A stretch of DNA of 64,000 nucleotides from Gammaproteobacteria bacterium (GTDB lineage Bacteria; Pseudomonadota; Gammaproteobacteria; VBWC01), in contig JAHFRU010000003.1 in the NCBI GenBank assembly GCA_023266115.1, forward strand, positions 65,978-129,977. The letters run 5' to 3'. A program made the position numbers and the translations under genes. Below the pieces are notes generated by a model that was not told the DNA's origin, did no database searches, and was given only the letters and a program-made list of their open reading frames with translations. Positions within the stretch are counted from its first letter, which is position 1; each line of letters begins with the position of its first letter. Below are positions 28,349 through 39,302 of the stretch, piece by piece.

Positions 28349-30649
28349 TCAGCCGGTTTCGGATTCCTCTTCGGCGTCATGCGGCACGGCGTAGCCGCAT
28401 TCCTTTTGCGGGCAGACCTTCTCGCCCCCGCGGCGTTTTGTCGTCTTGATGGTCAGCATCGGCCAGCTGCATGACGGACAGACCTCATTGACCGGCTCAT
28501 TCCATACCGCATATTTGCATTTCGGATAGTTGGCGCACGAATAAAAGATCTTGCCGTTGCGCGATTTGCGTTTCAGCATCGTGCCCTTGTGGCATTCGGG
28601 GCATTCGACGCCGGTATCCGCCGGCTTCTCCAGCGGTTCCATGTGATTGCAGTTCGGATAGGCGCTGCAACCGATGAATTTCCCGTAACGGCCATGGCGC
28701 ACCACCAGTGCCGATGAGCACTTCGGACAGGTGCGTCCCTCTACGACCTCGGCCTCAGGGGTATCGGAGTCATCGCCCAGATTACGTGTGTAGTCGCATT
28801 CCGGGAACGCGGAACAGCCGACGAAGCGGCCCCGGCGGCCAAGCCGTATGGTCAGGGTCTTGCCGCACTTGGGACACAGCTCGTCGAGCGCTTCCTGTGT
28901 CACGTCCTTGCGTTGGACATTCTCCTCGGTCGTATCGACGAGCTTCTTGAAGGGCGCCCAGAATTTCTTGAGAAGAGGGACCCATTCCTTTTCGCCACGC
29001 GATACCGCGTCGAGCTCGTCCTCAAGCCGTGCGGTGAAGTCATAGTCGACATAATCGAAAAAATAGGCCGTCAGAAACCTGTTGACCACATAGCCGACGT
29101 CGGTGGGCTTGAAGCGCCGCTTGTCGAGCACCACGTACTCGCGCGCGAGCAGGGTCGAGATGATCGATGCATAGGTGGATGGCCGGCCGATGCCATACTC
29201 CTCGAGCGTCTTGACCAGTGTCGCCTCTGAAAAGCGCGGCGGCGGCTCGGTGAAATGCTGCTCCGCACGGATCGCCTGTAACTGCACCTGCTGCCCGGTT
29301 TGCAGCGGTGGCAGCAGGTTCTCCTCCTCGCCGCCCTTGCTGTCGTCGACGCCTTCCTGATACACGGCCATGAAACCGGGGTCGGTGATGGTCGAACCGG
29401 TGGCGCGGAAAATATTGTCCTTGCCGGCGCCCAGGTTGACGCCGACCGTATCAATCGTTGCGTGGATCATCTGGCACGCTACTGTGCGCTTCCAGATCAG
29501 CTCATAAAGTCTGTGCTGATCCTTGGACAGATGGTCCTTGATGTCGTCGGGCTGACGACGCTCTATCGACGTCGGACGGATCGCCTCATGGGCTTCCTGG
29601 GCGTTCTTGGATTTTGTCTTATAGAGATTCGCTTCCTTTGGAAGATTGCTGTTGCCGTAGCGTTTCGCGATGTAGCTGCGGATCTCGTCGAGCGCTTCAG
29701 TCGCGAGATTCAGCGAATCGGTACGCATATAGGTGATCAGACCTTCGGCGCCATTGCCGGTATCAATCCCTTCGTACAGTTGCTGTGCGGTGCGCATCGT
29801 GCGCTGGGCATTGAAGCCGAGTTTGCGCGAGGCCTCTTGTTGCAGCGTGGAGGTCGTGAACGGCGGCGCCGGCTTGCGCTTGCGCTGTTTCTTTTCGATG
29901 TCCAGGACCGTCAGCTTGCCGCCGGCCGCCTTCAGCAGCGCATCTCTGGCCTGATGTGCCTCATCGGTTGCGGTGATGCTGAACTGGGCGATCTTCTCGC
30001 CACGGTACTGGCTGAGCTTCGCGACGAACGCGCTGTCTTTCTCCTGCGCGTCGGCCTCTATCGTCCAGTATTCACGCGGCAGGAATTTGGTTATTTCCAG
30101 CTCGCGCTCGACGATCATCCGCAACGCCGGGCTTTGCACGCGGCCAGCCGACAGCCCCGTGCGGATTTTTTTCCACAGCAGCGGCGACAGGTTGAAACCG
30201 ACCAGATAATCCAGTGCGCGCCGCGCCTGCTGGGCGTCGATCAAATCCACTGACAGCTCGCGCGGATGCTCGATTGCCTCGCGGATCGCCCGCTCGGTGA
30301 TCTCGTTGAACACTACGCGGTAGACCGTCTTTTTATTAAGCGCCTTCCGGTTCTTCAAAATCTCGTAAACATGCCACGAGATCGCTTCTCCCTCGCGGTC
30401 GGGGTCGGTTGCCAGGTAAAGTACATCGGCGCTCTTCATCGCCTTGATGATCGCATCGACATGTTTCGCGTTTTTTTCGATCAACTGATACTTCATCGCG
30501 AAGTCATGTTCGGTATCAATGGCGCCTTCCTTGGGCACCAGATCGCGGACGTGGCCGTACGACGCCAGAACCTGGAAGTCATTGCCAAGATACTTCTTCA
30601 GCGTCTTGGTCTTGGCCGGCGATTCGACGATGACGAGATTCTTACTCAT
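28349..30649 (-). CDS. topA: DNA topoisomerase I
   Basis: 766 aa; Toprim N-terminus MSKNLVIVESPAKTKTL..., with C-terminal C4 zinc ribbons. Confidence 0.95.
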   Translation of the reverse strand: MSKNLVIVESPAKTKTLKKYLGNDFQVLASYGHVRDLVPKEGAIDTEHDFAMKYQLIEKNAKHVDAIIKAMKSADVLYLATDPDREGEAISWHVYEILKNRKALNKKTVYRVVFNEITERAIREAIEHPRELSVDLIDAQQARRALDYLVGFNLSPLLWKKIRTGLSAGRVQSPALRMIVERELEITKFLPREYWTIEADAQEKDSAFVAKLSQYRGEKIAQFSITATDEAHQARDALLKAAGGKLTVLDIEKKQRKRKPAPPFTTSTLQQEASRKLGFNAQRTMRTAQQLYEGIDTGNGAEGLITYMRTDSLNLATEALDEIRSYIAKRYGNSNLPKEANLYKTKSKNAQEAHEAIRPTSIERRQPDDIKDHLSKDQHRLYELIWKRTVACQMIHATIDTVGVNLGAGKDNIFRATGSTITDPGFMAVYQEGVDDSKGGEEENLLPPLQTGQQVQLQAIRAEQHFTEPPPRFSEATLVKTLEEYGIGRPSTYASIISTLLAREYVVLDKRRFKPTDVGYVVNRFLTAYFFDYVDYDFTARLEDELDAVSRGEKEWVPLLKKFWAPFKKLVDTTEENVQRKDVTQEALDELCPKCGKTLTIRLGRRGRFVGCSAFPECDYTRNLGDDSDTPEAEVVEGRTCPKCSSALVVRHGRYGKFIGCSAYPNCNHMEPLEKPADTGVECPECHKGTMLKRKSRNGKIFYSCANYPKCKYAVWNEPVNEVCPSCSWPMLTIKTTKRRGGEKVCPQKECGYAVPHDAEEESETG

Positions 30650-30689
30650 AAGAAGTCTACGAGTGGGTTTACCAACGGTTTACGAGCGG

Positions 30690-31169
30690 CTAGTGAATGC
30701 TGACGACGGACTCTTCGAAGAAGAGATCCTCCATCCAGGCGATGGCGGCTTCCTGGCCGGGCTGGTTGAACAGCACCATCAGGACGATCCACTTGAGTTG
30801 GTCGAGACTGATCTCCAGCGATTCGAGGGCCATGACGCGATCGATAATAAGTTCACGGGTAGTGGTATCAACGATGCCGTTCTGTTCCAGGTACAACATG
30901 AAACCGCGGCATTCCAGATTGAGCTTGCGCATTTCGTGCAGCGTATAGATGCGGGTGGAGTGGGCCGCAGGTTCCGGTTTTTTCAGAATACCGTCGTGCA
31001 CGATCGACAGGCCTTCGAGCCAGTTGAAGGCCTTGGCGATCTCCGCGTGCGGGAAACCGGCCGCCGTCAACTCGACCTTGAGGGTCTCGCGGTCCGAGCC
31101 GATCTCGAGGTCGCCATCGATATAGTTCTGGAACAAATACATCAGTACATCTATGACGGTTTCTTTCAT
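30690..31169 (-). CDS. smg: Smg protein (DUF494)
   Basis: From MKETVIDVLMYLFQNYIDGD...; conserved smg downstream of dprA. Confidence 0.85.
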   Translation of the reverse strand: MKETVIDVLMYLFQNYIDGDLEIGSDRETLKVELTAAGFPHAEIAKAFNWLEGLSIVHDGILKKPEPAAHSTRIYTLHEMRKLNLECRGFMLYLEQNGIVDTTTRELIIDRVMALESLEISLDQLKWIVLMVLFNQPGQEAAIAWMEDLFFEESVVSIH

Positions 31170-31170
31170 C

Positions 31171-32340
31171 TCACCTGCTCTTATGCACGCGACAATATCT
31201 GCCGCCTGCCGCGGATGATACCTGACCCAGCAATTCCAATGCCACCAGCGAGGCCGAAACGATTTCCGGCGCCATGCCGCTCTTTGCCACCAGTGTATCG
31301 ATGGATACGGCCTCAAAACCCAAGTGTTTCAACACTATATTTTCCGGACCAGAAAATTCCGGCGTGGGGTCAACCGCATCCGGCGGCTGCGGCAGACTCG
31401 CTGCCGCCACGCCCGCAAGCGGCCCCAGTTCCTCGAGGACATCGCCCGCATTTTCAACGAGTTTCGCGCCCTGGCGTATCAGCAGATGGCAGCCCTTGGC
31501 GAGCGGATTGTGGATTGAACCTGGAATCGCGAACACTTCGCGCCCCTGTTCGGCGGCCAGACGCGCTGTTACCAGCGAACCGCTGGATATGCCGGCTTCA
31601 ATGACCAGTGTGCCGAGGCTCAACCCGCTAATTAGACGGTTACGGCGCGGAAAGTTCTCCGGGCGTGGCGCCGTGCCGAGCCTGAATTCGGATACCAGCG
31701 CGCCGTTATTGGCAATCTGATGGGCCAAGTCCCGGTGACGAGCAGGGTAGACGCGGTCGAGACCGGTACCCATCACCGCGATCGTCATGCCGCCGCCGGC
31801 AAGCGCGCCGCGGTGACTGGCGGCATCCACCCCCAACGCGAGGCCGCTGCAGATGGCGAGACCGGCACCTGCCAGAAAGCGCGCGAAATCGTGCGCGGTG
31901 TCGGCGCCGCCCGGTGTCGGGTTGCGGCTGCCGACGATGGCGAGTTGCAGCGCGCTGAGTGCAGCGGGATTGCCGTGCAGATAAAGCAGCGGTGGCGGAT
32001 CGGCGATCTCGCGCAGCAGCGCCGGGTAGCGTGGATCATGAAACGTAATGACATGGTTGTCTGGTTGCCGGGCCCAGGCGAGTTCCGCGTCGACCGCCTG
32101 CCAGTCGGGGGCGGCCAGGTAGTCCAGTGTCTGGCGCCGCCAGCGGCCCTTGGGAAATGCACCGGCGCCGGACTCGAATGCTGCCTGAGGCCTGCCGAAT
32201 TGCTGCAGCAACTGATGGAATGCCGCCACGCCGACGCCGGGCGCGTGATGCAGCGCGAGCCAGTAGCGTAGATCGCCGGGGGCGGTTGGCGATATCTGGC
32301 GTTCGTTTCGGGCTGTCTGTTGACCGGTGGGGTCAGTCAA
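31171..32340 (-). CDS. dprA: DNA-processing protein DprA (Smf)
   Basis: 389 aa; Rossmann-like DprA core ...LAIVGSRNPTPGG...GIDAASHRGAL...; the track start is TTG; the true start is uncertain. Confidence 0.85.
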   Translation of the reverse strand: MTDPTGQQTARNERQISPTAPGDLRYWLALHHAPGVGVAAFHQLLQQFGRPQAAFESGAGAFPKGRWRRQTLDYLAAPDWQAVDAELAWARQPDNHVITFHDPRYPALLREIADPPPLLYLHGNPAALSALQLAIVGSRNPTPGGADTAHDFARFLAGAGLAICSGLALGVDAASHRGALAGGGMTIAVMGTGLDRVYPARHRDLAHQIANNGALVSEFRLGTAPRPENFPRRNRLISGLSLGTLVIEAGISSGSLVTARLAAEQGREVFAIPGSIHNPLAKGCHLLIRQGAKLVENAGDVLEELGPLAGVAAASLPQPPDAVDPTPEFSGPENIVLKHLGFEAVSIDTLVAKSGMAPEIVSASLVALELLGQVSSAAGGRYCRVHKSR

Positions 32341-32382
32341 CCTGGGGTTCCTTGCGTGGCCAAGGCTGATCGATGGCTGCGT

Positions 32383-33417
32383 TCAGGGATTTTTAACCGC
32401 GTCGCTCAGCCGGATATCGTACGCGGCCTCCATCACCAACGCATAGCTGATACGCTCAAAGGTACGGAACACCATTAACTCACCGGCACGCCGTTCCGGC
32501 AACGTCACCTGTTTGCCGCCGGAAACCACGTCCCGGATAGTATCGCCCTTCTGGAAAATCGCCAGCACATGACCACTTTCGAGGCCATCGTTGGCACCGA
32601 GATCGATTACGACAACCTGATACCGTCCGACGCGAGACACGGCGTCACGTACCGCAATGATGTTGCCGTTGACAATGCGGCCCGGCGCGCGCGGCATGAA
32701 ATAGGCCTCGAACGGCTTGGTATCGACCGGAACCAGACGGTCGCCGATCAGTACCTCGCGCTTCGCATCCACGATCCGCAGGGTCGCCGGATCGCCGAAC
32801 GCCTCGACCACGGCATCACCCGCGTGGATCGCCTCATAGCCGAGTACTTCCTTTTTGCCCGGTTGACGCAACGCTTCGCCGATGTGCACGATGCTGTAAC
32901 GGCTGTCGGCCGCCTCATTGAGGCCGCGCACATAGATCTTGTTGGAGGTGCCGCTGATCAACCGGCTTTCTTCGCCGGCGACGACATACGGGGCCTTTTC
33001 ATATTCCTTTTTGGACAGCACCTGCGGCTGCTCAAGAAACGGCTTGATGAGTCCCGGCGTGATGGTTGGAATCGCCTGGGCGGTATCTTCCGTTCTGATC
33101 TGCGGTGACAGCTTGACCGTCGTCGCCTGGCCGCGCTCGACGGATAACACCGGTGTGCCGTCTTCACGGAAACTCAGCGCGATAACGTCACCGGGATAGA
33201 TCAGATGGGGATTGGCGATTTCGGGGTTGATATGCCAGATTTCCGGCCACAGCCATGGCTCGCGCAAAAAACGCCCCGCAATATCCCACAGCGTGTCGCC
33301 CGCGACGACGACATAACGATCCGGATGATCAGGATTGAGTTTCACCGTGTCGGCGAACGCAACACCGGTGAAGATTACGCCGAATAACAGGCTCAATAAT
33401 GTTCTTTTTGTTAACAT
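32383..33417 (-). CDS. LysM-domain periplasmic protein (TsaP-like)
   Basis: Signal peptide plus LysM (YVVVAGDTLWDIAGRF); sits between dprA and def as TsaP does in Pseudomonas. Confidence 0.7.
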   Translation of the reverse strand: MLTKRTLLSLLFGVIFTGVAFADTVKLNPDHPDRYVVVAGDTLWDIAGRFLREPWLWPEIWHINPEIANPHLIYPGDVIALSFREDGTPVLSVERGQATTVKLSPQIRTEDTAQAIPTITPGLIKPFLEQPQVLSKKEYEKAPYVVAGEESRLISGTSNKIYVRGLNEAADSRYSIVHIGEALRQPGKKEVLGYEAIHAGDAVVEAFGDPATLRIVDAKREVLIGDRLVPVDTKPFEAYFMPRAPGRIVNGNIIAVRDAVSRVGRYQVVVIDLGANDGLESGHVLAIFQKGDTIRDVVSGGKQVTLPERRAGELMVFRTFERISYALVMEAAYDIRLSDAVKNP

Positions 33418-33553
33418 GGCCGCTCCCCAAGGTCACGTGTGCGCGAGTTTAGCCAAATTGCCGTCCTGGCTCCATCCGTCTGGTGCAGGACGCCGGTAAT
33501 CATTAATATCATGCTATCAGTCCATGCGCTATATATTAGGTGAAACGGGTCAC

Positions 33554-34057
33554 ATGTCGATACTTCACGTCTTGCATTATCCGGATCCGCAGTTGCGGAT
33601 AATCGCCGAGCCTGTTCCGGAGGTCTCCCGGGACATCCGTACGCTGATCGACGACATGCTGGAGACGATGTATGACGCGCCTGGCGTCGGGCTTGCCGCC
33701 CCGCAGGTCGACGTCGCCAAACGGGTTATCGTGGTCGATATTACGGAAGATAAGAGCAAACCTTTAGCACTGGTCAATCCTGAAATCATGCGGCGCCAGG
33801 GCACAGTGCAGATGGAAGAGGGCTGTTTGTCAGTGCCGGGAATCTACGAACCGGTCGAGCGTGCCGAGTGGATCAAGGTGCGGGCGCTGGATCGCGGCGG
33901 CCATGTACTGGATATTGAGACCGACGGCGTGCTGGCGGTGTGTATTCAGCACGAAATCGATCATCTGGACGGCAAGTTGTTCGTCGACTATCTGTCGGAA
34001 CTCAAGCGCGCGCGGATACGCAAGAAGATGGAAAAACTGCGGCGTCAAACGATGTGA
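33554..34057 (+). CDS. def: Peptide deformylase
   Basis: [13 protein letters not shown] and HEIDH motifs; start at [12 protein letters not shown]. Confidence 0.9.
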   Translation: MSILHVLHYPDPQLRIIAEPVPEVSRDIRTLIDDMLETMYDAPGVGLAAPQVDVAKRVIVVDITEDKSKPLALVNPEIMRRQGTVQMEEGCLSVPGIYEPVERAEWIKVRALDRGGHVLDIETDGVLAVCIQHEIDHLDGKLFVDYLSELKRARIRKKMEKLRRQTM

Positions 34058-34147
34058 GCGGTGCGGGCCGTATTTCCTCGTGGGTCGGCCCGACGGGCTG
34101 AGTGGAATGACAGCGGCGCGGACCGCGATGCAGTGGTATGAAACGCC

Positions 34148-35095
34148 ATGAAGGTGATTTTCGCCGGCACCCCGGAATTTGCCGCAACCGCTCTAAAGAG
34201 TCTGTTGTCTTCGTCGCATCACGTGTGTGCGGTGCTGACGCAGCCCGACCGGCCGGCCGGCCGGGGCCGCAAGCTGGCGCCGTCGCCGGTCAAGCAACTG
34301 GCGACTGTCGGGCGTATCCCGGTATTGCAACCGGACACGCTAAGGAGCCCGCAAATCCAGCAAACCTTGCGCGACCTGAACGCGGACATCATGGTGGTGG
34401 TCGCTTACGGGCTGATATTACCGGCGGCTGTGCTGGGCATGCCGCGCCACGGTTGCATCAACGTCCATGCCTCGTTGTTGCCGCGCTGGCGCGGTGCGGC
34501 GCCGATCCAGCACGCGATCCTGTCCGGCGATGCGATGACCGGCGTGACGATCATGCAGATGGATAAAGGTCTGGATACCGGCGACGTGCTGGTCGGCGCA
34601 GCCTGTCCGGTGCTGCCTGACGATACCGCGCAAACCCTGCATGACCGGTTGGCGCTGCTCGGTGGGAGTGTTTTGTTGCAGGCGCTGACGGACATCGAAA
34701 ACGGTCGCGCGAGGGCGATTCCTCAGCCTGCGGCAGGTGTTTGCCATGCCCCGAAAATCATCAAATCGGACGCGATGCTGGACTGGACCGCGACTGCCGT
34801 CCATCTTGAGCGCCGCGTGCGCGCGTATAACCCGTGGCCGGTCGCGTACACCCGCGCGGGCGACTTAATATTGCGGGTGTGGCAGGCGGTGGCGATAGAA
34901 TGCGATCTCGCCGCGCCGCCCGGTACCGTGACCGGGCTGACGCGGGAGGGCATCGATATCGCCACCGGCCACGGTATGCTGAGAATAGTGGAGCTACAGC
35001 TGCCCGGCGGCAAGCGTATGCCGGCCGCCGATTTCCTGAACGCGAACCGCGATCGCATCCGGCCTGGCATGCGTCTGGCGCCGTCGTCTCCATAG
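34148..35095 (+). CDS. fmt: Methionyl-tRNA formyltransferase
   Basis: MKVIFAGTPEFAA...NVHASLLPRWRGAAPIQ; 315 aa. Confidence 0.95.
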   Translation: MKVIFAGTPEFAATALKSLLSSSHHVCAVLTQPDRPAGRGRKLAPSPVKQLATVGRIPVLQPDTLRSPQIQQTLRDLNADIMVVVAYGLILPAAVLGMPRHGCINVHASLLPRWRGAAPIQHAILSGDAMTGVTIMQMDKGLDTGDVLVGAACPVLPDDTAQTLHDRLALLGGSVLLQALTDIENGRARAIPQPAAGVCHAPKIIKSDAMLDWTATAVHLERRVRAYNPWPVAYTRAGDLILRVWQAVAIECDLAAPPGTVTGLTREGIDIATGHGMLRIVELQLPGGKRMPAADFLNANRDRIRPGMRLAPSSP

Positions 35096-35130
35096 CGGGA
35101 CGATGCAGTTCTTCCGGCGCATAGAAACCG

Positions 35131-36429
35131 ATGGATGCCCGCACCCTTGCCGCCACTGTACTGACCGATGTTATTGCCGCGCGCCGCAGTCTCGGCGCGA
35201 CACTGACCGCGCACCTGGAACTGGCGGGGTCGCCGCGCGATCGCGCCCTGGTACAGGAACTCTGTTACGGCGTGATGCGCTGGCACCTGCGGCTCGCCGC
35301 CGTGATCGGTCGTTTGCTGGACCGCCCGCTCAAACCGGGCAACGATGACATTCATTGCCTGCTGTTACTCGGTCTCTACCAGTTGATCTATATGCGTGTG
35401 CCGCCGCACGCGGCCATTTCGGCAACGGTGGATTCCTGCAAGGTTCTGAAGAAGTCCTGGGCGACCGGTCTGGTCAACGGGTCGCTGCGCGCGTTCCAGC
35501 GCACCGCGGCGGTGCTGCTCGCAGAGGTCGACCGCGATATAACCGCGCGCACCGCGCATCCGGCCTGGTTGCTCGATCGTCTGCAACAGGCCTGGCCGGA
35601 CCACTGGCAGGCGTTGCTCGACGCCAACAACCGGCACGCGCCGATGACGCTGCGCGTCAACCGTTGCCGGATCGGCCGCGACGATTATCTCGCACGTTTG
35701 CGGCAGGCCGGATACGAGGCGCGGGTCGCCATTCACGGCAGCACCGGTGTCATTCTTGAGAAACCCGTTGACGTTGTCCGGCTGCCCGGTTTTGCCGATG
35801 GCCTGGTCTCGGTGCAGGACGCCGCCGCGCAGCTCGCCGCGCCGCTGCTGGCGGCGCAGGCCGGCCAGCGCGTGCTGGACGCGTGCGCGGCGCCCGGCGG
35901 CAAGACCGCGCATCTGCTCGAGACGCAACCGGAGCTGACGGAGCTGGTGGCCGTTGACAACGACGCCGACCGCGCGAAGCGTATCGACGACAACCTGCGG
36001 CGGCTCGGTTTACGCGCCAGCATCGTTGTTGCCGATGCCGCGCAGCCTGATGGCTGGTGGGATGGCCGGCCGTTCGACCGGATACTGCTCGATGCGCCGT
36101 GTTCGGCGACCGGCGTGATCCGCCGCCATCCGGACATTAAATACCTGCGGCGGCCGGCGGATATCAACGCCGTCCGCGATGAACAGCAACGCCTGCTGGA
36201 CTCCCTGTGGCCCTTGCTGGGTTCCGGGGGTATGCTGTTGTACGCGACGTGCTCGGTGCTTCCCGAGGAAAACGTTGCCCAGACAGCATGGTTTCTGCGC
36301 ACTCACGGCGATGCCGTTGAGCGGCCGCTCGATGTTTCCTGGGGGCATGAATGTGACGCAGGGCGTCAGATCCTGCCGGGGGAAGACGATATGGACGGAT
36401 TCTATTATGCATGCCTGCAGAAGGCCTGA
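35131..36429 (+). CDS. rsmB: 16S rRNA (cytosine967-C5)-methyltransferase
   Basis: NusB-like N-terminus plus SAM MTase core (DACAAPGGKT, ...PCSATGV). Confidence 0.9.
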   Translation: MDARTLAATVLTDVIAARRSLGATLTAHLELAGSPRDRALVQELCYGVMRWHLRLAAVIGRLLDRPLKPGNDDIHCLLLLGLYQLIYMRVPPHAAISATVDSCKVLKKSWATGLVNGSLRAFQRTAAVLLAEVDRDITARTAHPAWLLDRLQQAWPDHWQALLDANNRHAPMTLRVNRCRIGRDDYLARLRQAGYEARVAIHGSTGVILEKPVDVVRLPGFADGLVSVQDAAAQLAAPLLAAQAGQRVLDACAAPGGKTAHLLETQPELTELVAVDNDADRAKRIDDNLRRLGLRASIVVADAAQPDGWWDGRPFDRILLDAPCSATGVIRRHPDIKYLRRPADINAVRDEQQRLLDSLWPLLGSGGMLLYATCSVLPEENVAQTAWFLRTHGDAVERPLDVSWGHECDAGRQILPGEDDMDGFYYACLQKA

Positions 36430-36468
36430 TTAAGCGACTACCCGCATGGCGTCCGCGCCTGACACGAT

Positions 36469-37044
36469 ATGCAGCGACTGCGTCATAACCTTCGATGGAT
36501 GTTGCTACTCGGCGGCCTGCTGCCGCTGGCCGTCATGCCCGGTTTCGCCGGCGCGGCCGGTTTCAAGATCAAGCACGCCGAAACCACGCTGGTGGACTCG
36601 GTCTACTGGCTCGATACAACGATAGATTACGACCTGAGCGAGCAGGCGCTGGAGGCGCTGGATAACGGTGTGCCACTGACGTTTCTGCTGGAAATCGACG
36701 TCCTGCGTATCCGTGACTATGTCTGGGACGAAGATGTCGCCAGCCTGCAGCAGCGTTACCAGCTGCAATACCACGCGCTGACCGACCAATATCTGGTCAA
36801 GAACCTCAACAGCGGCGCCCAGCACGCGCTGCCGACGCTGGGTGTCGCCCTGTCGGTGCTGGGGGCCGTCCTCGATCTGCCGATACTCGATCGAAAGCTG
36901 CTGGTGCCGGGCGAGCGCTATATGGTGAGCATGGGCGTCTCGCTGGATATCGAGGCACTGCCGGTGCCGATGCGCGTCATCGCCTACTTCAGTGCTGACT
37001 GGCGTCTCGCCAGCGCAAGGTATACATGGCCGCTCCCATTTTAA
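36469..37044 (+). CDS. DUF4390-domain periplasmic protein
   Basis: 191 aa with signal peptide; occupies the DUF4390 position between rsmB and ntrY. Confidence 0.75.
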   Translation: MQRLRHNLRWMLLLGGLLPLAVMPGFAGAAGFKIKHAETTLVDSVYWLDTTIDYDLSEQALEALDNGVPLTFLLEIDVLRIRDYVWDEDVASLQQRYQLQYHALTDQYLVKNLNSGAQHALPTLGVALSVLGAVLDLPILDRKLLVPGERYMVSMGVSLDIEALPVPMRVIAYFSADWRLASARYTWPLPF

Positions 37045-39290
37045 AGCGCTTCGGCAGCGAGGCCGCTCCGGTCATTGTGATCGTCGCGCTGCTGCTCGGG
37101 TCGCTATACCTGATGAGCGTCGCGACCGAGAACTCGGAGAAGTTCGGCCGCCTGTATTCGCTGTTGTTCATTTTCAATCTGGCGGGGCTGATCCTTCTCG
37201 TCTGGCTGATCGTCGTCAACATGCAGCGCCTGGTGCGCCAGTATCGTCTCAGGGCGATGGGTTCACGCCTGACGGTGCGCCTGGTGGTTATCTTCGTGCT
37301 GCTCGCGCTCGCGCCGGTAACGGTCGTGTATTACTTTTCGCTCCAGTTTCTGCATCGCGGCATCGACAGCTGGTTCGACGTGCGCGTTGAGCAGGGTCTG
37401 CATGATGCGCTCGAGTTGAGTCGCGCCGCGCTGGATACGCGTATCCGCGAATCGCTGCGGCAGACGCAACAGATGGCTGAATCACTTTCCGGTCTGCCGG
37501 AACGCCAGCTGGCGCCGCGGCTCAACGATTTGCGCGATCAGCGCGAGGCGAATGAGTTGACGTTGCTGACGCCGAGCGGCCATATCATCGCGTCCAGCAG
37601 TGTCGATGCCACCCGGATCGTGCCTGACCGGCCGAGCAGCGCGATACTGTCGCAGCTGAAGCAGGGCCATCCGTTTGCCGGACTGGATCCGGTCAGCGAT
37701 ACCGGCCTGGCGATCCGTGTCGTCGTGACCGCCGACCAATCCGACCCGCTCGCTGAACAGATCATCCTGCAGGCGCTGTACCCGGTGGCGCAGCGGCTGA
37801 ATATACTGGCCGAAAGTGCGCAGGCGGCGTTCGCCGACTACGAACGGCTGTCCTATATGCGCGGTCCGTTGAAGGTCAGTTTTACGGTGACCTTGTCGCT
37901 GGTGTTGTTGTTGAGCCTGCTCGCGGCGGTCTGGACCGCATTCTACGCGGCGCGGCGTCTGGTGGCGCCGATCCGTGTGCTGGCGGTCGGTACCCGCGCG
38001 GTAGCCGCCGGCGACTACGACCGGCGCCTGCCGCTCACCAGCAATGACGAACTCGGGTTTCTTGTCGAATCGTTCAACGACATGACGCGCAAGATCGCGA
38101 TCGCACGCGATGACGCGGAGCGCAGCCAGGCGCAGGCGGAGCGCCAGCGCGCCTACCTGGAGGCGGTGGTCGGACGACTGTCGTCGGGCGTGCTGACGCT
38201 CGGCGCGGACGGGACGTTGCGCACCGCCAATGCGGCGGCCAGCCTGATCCTCGGTGTCGACATGGAAGACTGCGTCGGCGGGCCGTTGCACGGCTTGCTC
38301 GACGCCAATCATTATCTCGGTCATTTCGTCGATTCGATCGAGAATCATCTGACAGGCCGGGCGCAGGAGTGGCGCGAGGAGATCACGTTTTTCGGTCCGG
38401 GCGGGCGCCAGGTGCTGATGACCCGCGGCGCGCCGCTGCCGAATGTCGGCGACATGACGGCCGGTCACGTGATCGTATTCGATGACGTCACGACGCTGGT
38501 GCAGGCGCAGCGCGATGCCGCCTGGGGCGAAGTGGCGCGGCGTCTCGCGCACGAGATCAAGAATCCGTTGACGCCTATCCAGCTGGCCGCCGAACGTCTG
38601 CGGCACAAGTATCTGGGTACGATGAGCCCGGCGGATGCCGACGTGCTGGACCGCGCCACGCATACCATTGTCCAGCAGGTCGAGGTGATGAAGGAAATGG
38701 TCAAGGCGTTCAGCGACTACGCCCGGGCGCCCCATCTGAAGCTGCAGTCGCTGAATCTGAACCGCGTTATCAATGAAGTGCTGGAGCTGTATCGCGGCGC
38801 CGAACCGCATATTACGATTGAGGCGCGCCTCGACGGGCAGCTGGCGGATATCCAGGCCGATCCGGGGCGCATCAATCAGTTACTCCACAATCTGGTCAAG
38901 AATGCGATCGAAGCGGTCGGCGAGGTCACCGACGGCAGGATCATCGTCACGACGCGGGCCATCGATGAGGATGGATTCCGCATCGCGGAACTGCGCGTTG
39001 AGGATAATGGCCCGGGATTTTCGAGCGGACTCGAGGGCAAGATGTTCGAACCGTACGTCACCACCAAGCCCAAGGGCAGCGGGCTCGGGCTCGCGATCGT
39101 GAAAAAGATCGTCGAGGAGCACGGCGGCGTGGTGCTTGCCGAGAGTATCGCCGCCGGCGGCGCGCGTATCACGGTGCAGCTGCCGCATGCCGCCACTGGT
39201 GTTGAGGGGGCCGATTCGGATTACAATGACGAATCACAGCCAGGTGATTGGACTCATGATGACCCGCGAAAGAAACAGTCGCATCGTTAG
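37026..39290 (+). CDS. ntrY: Sensor histidine kinase NtrY
   Basis: 754 aa; N-terminal TM region, HAMP, PAS, HisKA (LAHEIKNPLTPI) and HATPase (GSGLGLAIV). Confidence 0.85.
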   Translation: MAAPILKRFGSEAAPVIVIVALLLGSLYLMSVATENSEKFGRLYSLLFIFNLAGLILLVWLIVVNMQRLVRQYRLRAMGSRLTVRLVVIFVLLALAPVTVVYYFSLQFLHRGIDSWFDVRVEQGLHDALELSRAALDTRIRESLRQTQQMAESLSGLPERQLAPRLNDLRDQREANELTLLTPSGHIIASSSVDATRIVPDRPSSAILSQLKQGHPFAGLDPVSDTGLAIRVVVTADQSDPLAEQIILQALYPVAQRLNILAESAQAAFADYERLSYMRGPLKVSFTVTLSLVLLLSLLAAVWTAFYAARRLVAPIRVLAVGTRAVAAGDYDRRLPLTSNDELGFLVESFNDMTRKIAIARDDAERSQAQAERQRAYLEAVVGRLSSGVLTLGADGTLRTANAAASLILGVDMEDCVGGPLHGLLDANHYLGHFVDSIENHLTGRAQEWREEITFFGPGGRQVLMTRGAPLPNVGDMTAGHVIVFDDVTTLVQAQRDAAWGEVARRLAHEIKNPLTPIQLAAERLRHKYLGTMSPADADVLDRATHTIVQQVEVMKEMVKAFSDYARAPHLKLQSLNLNRVINEVLELYRGAEPHITIEARLDGQLADIQADPGRINQLLHNLVKNAIEAVGEVTDGRIIVTTRAIDEDGFRIAELRVEDNGPGFSSGLEGKMFEPYVTTKPKGSGLGLAIVKKIVEEHGGVVLAESIAAGGARITVQLPHAATGVEGADSDYNDESQPGDWTHDDPRKKQSHR

Positions 39291-39302
39291 GGAGTGATCG
39301 TT

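Noticed and set aside
37482-38810. 442-aa minus-strand ORF inside ntrY
   Set aside because: Antisense to a histidine kinase with clear HisKA/HATPase motifs.
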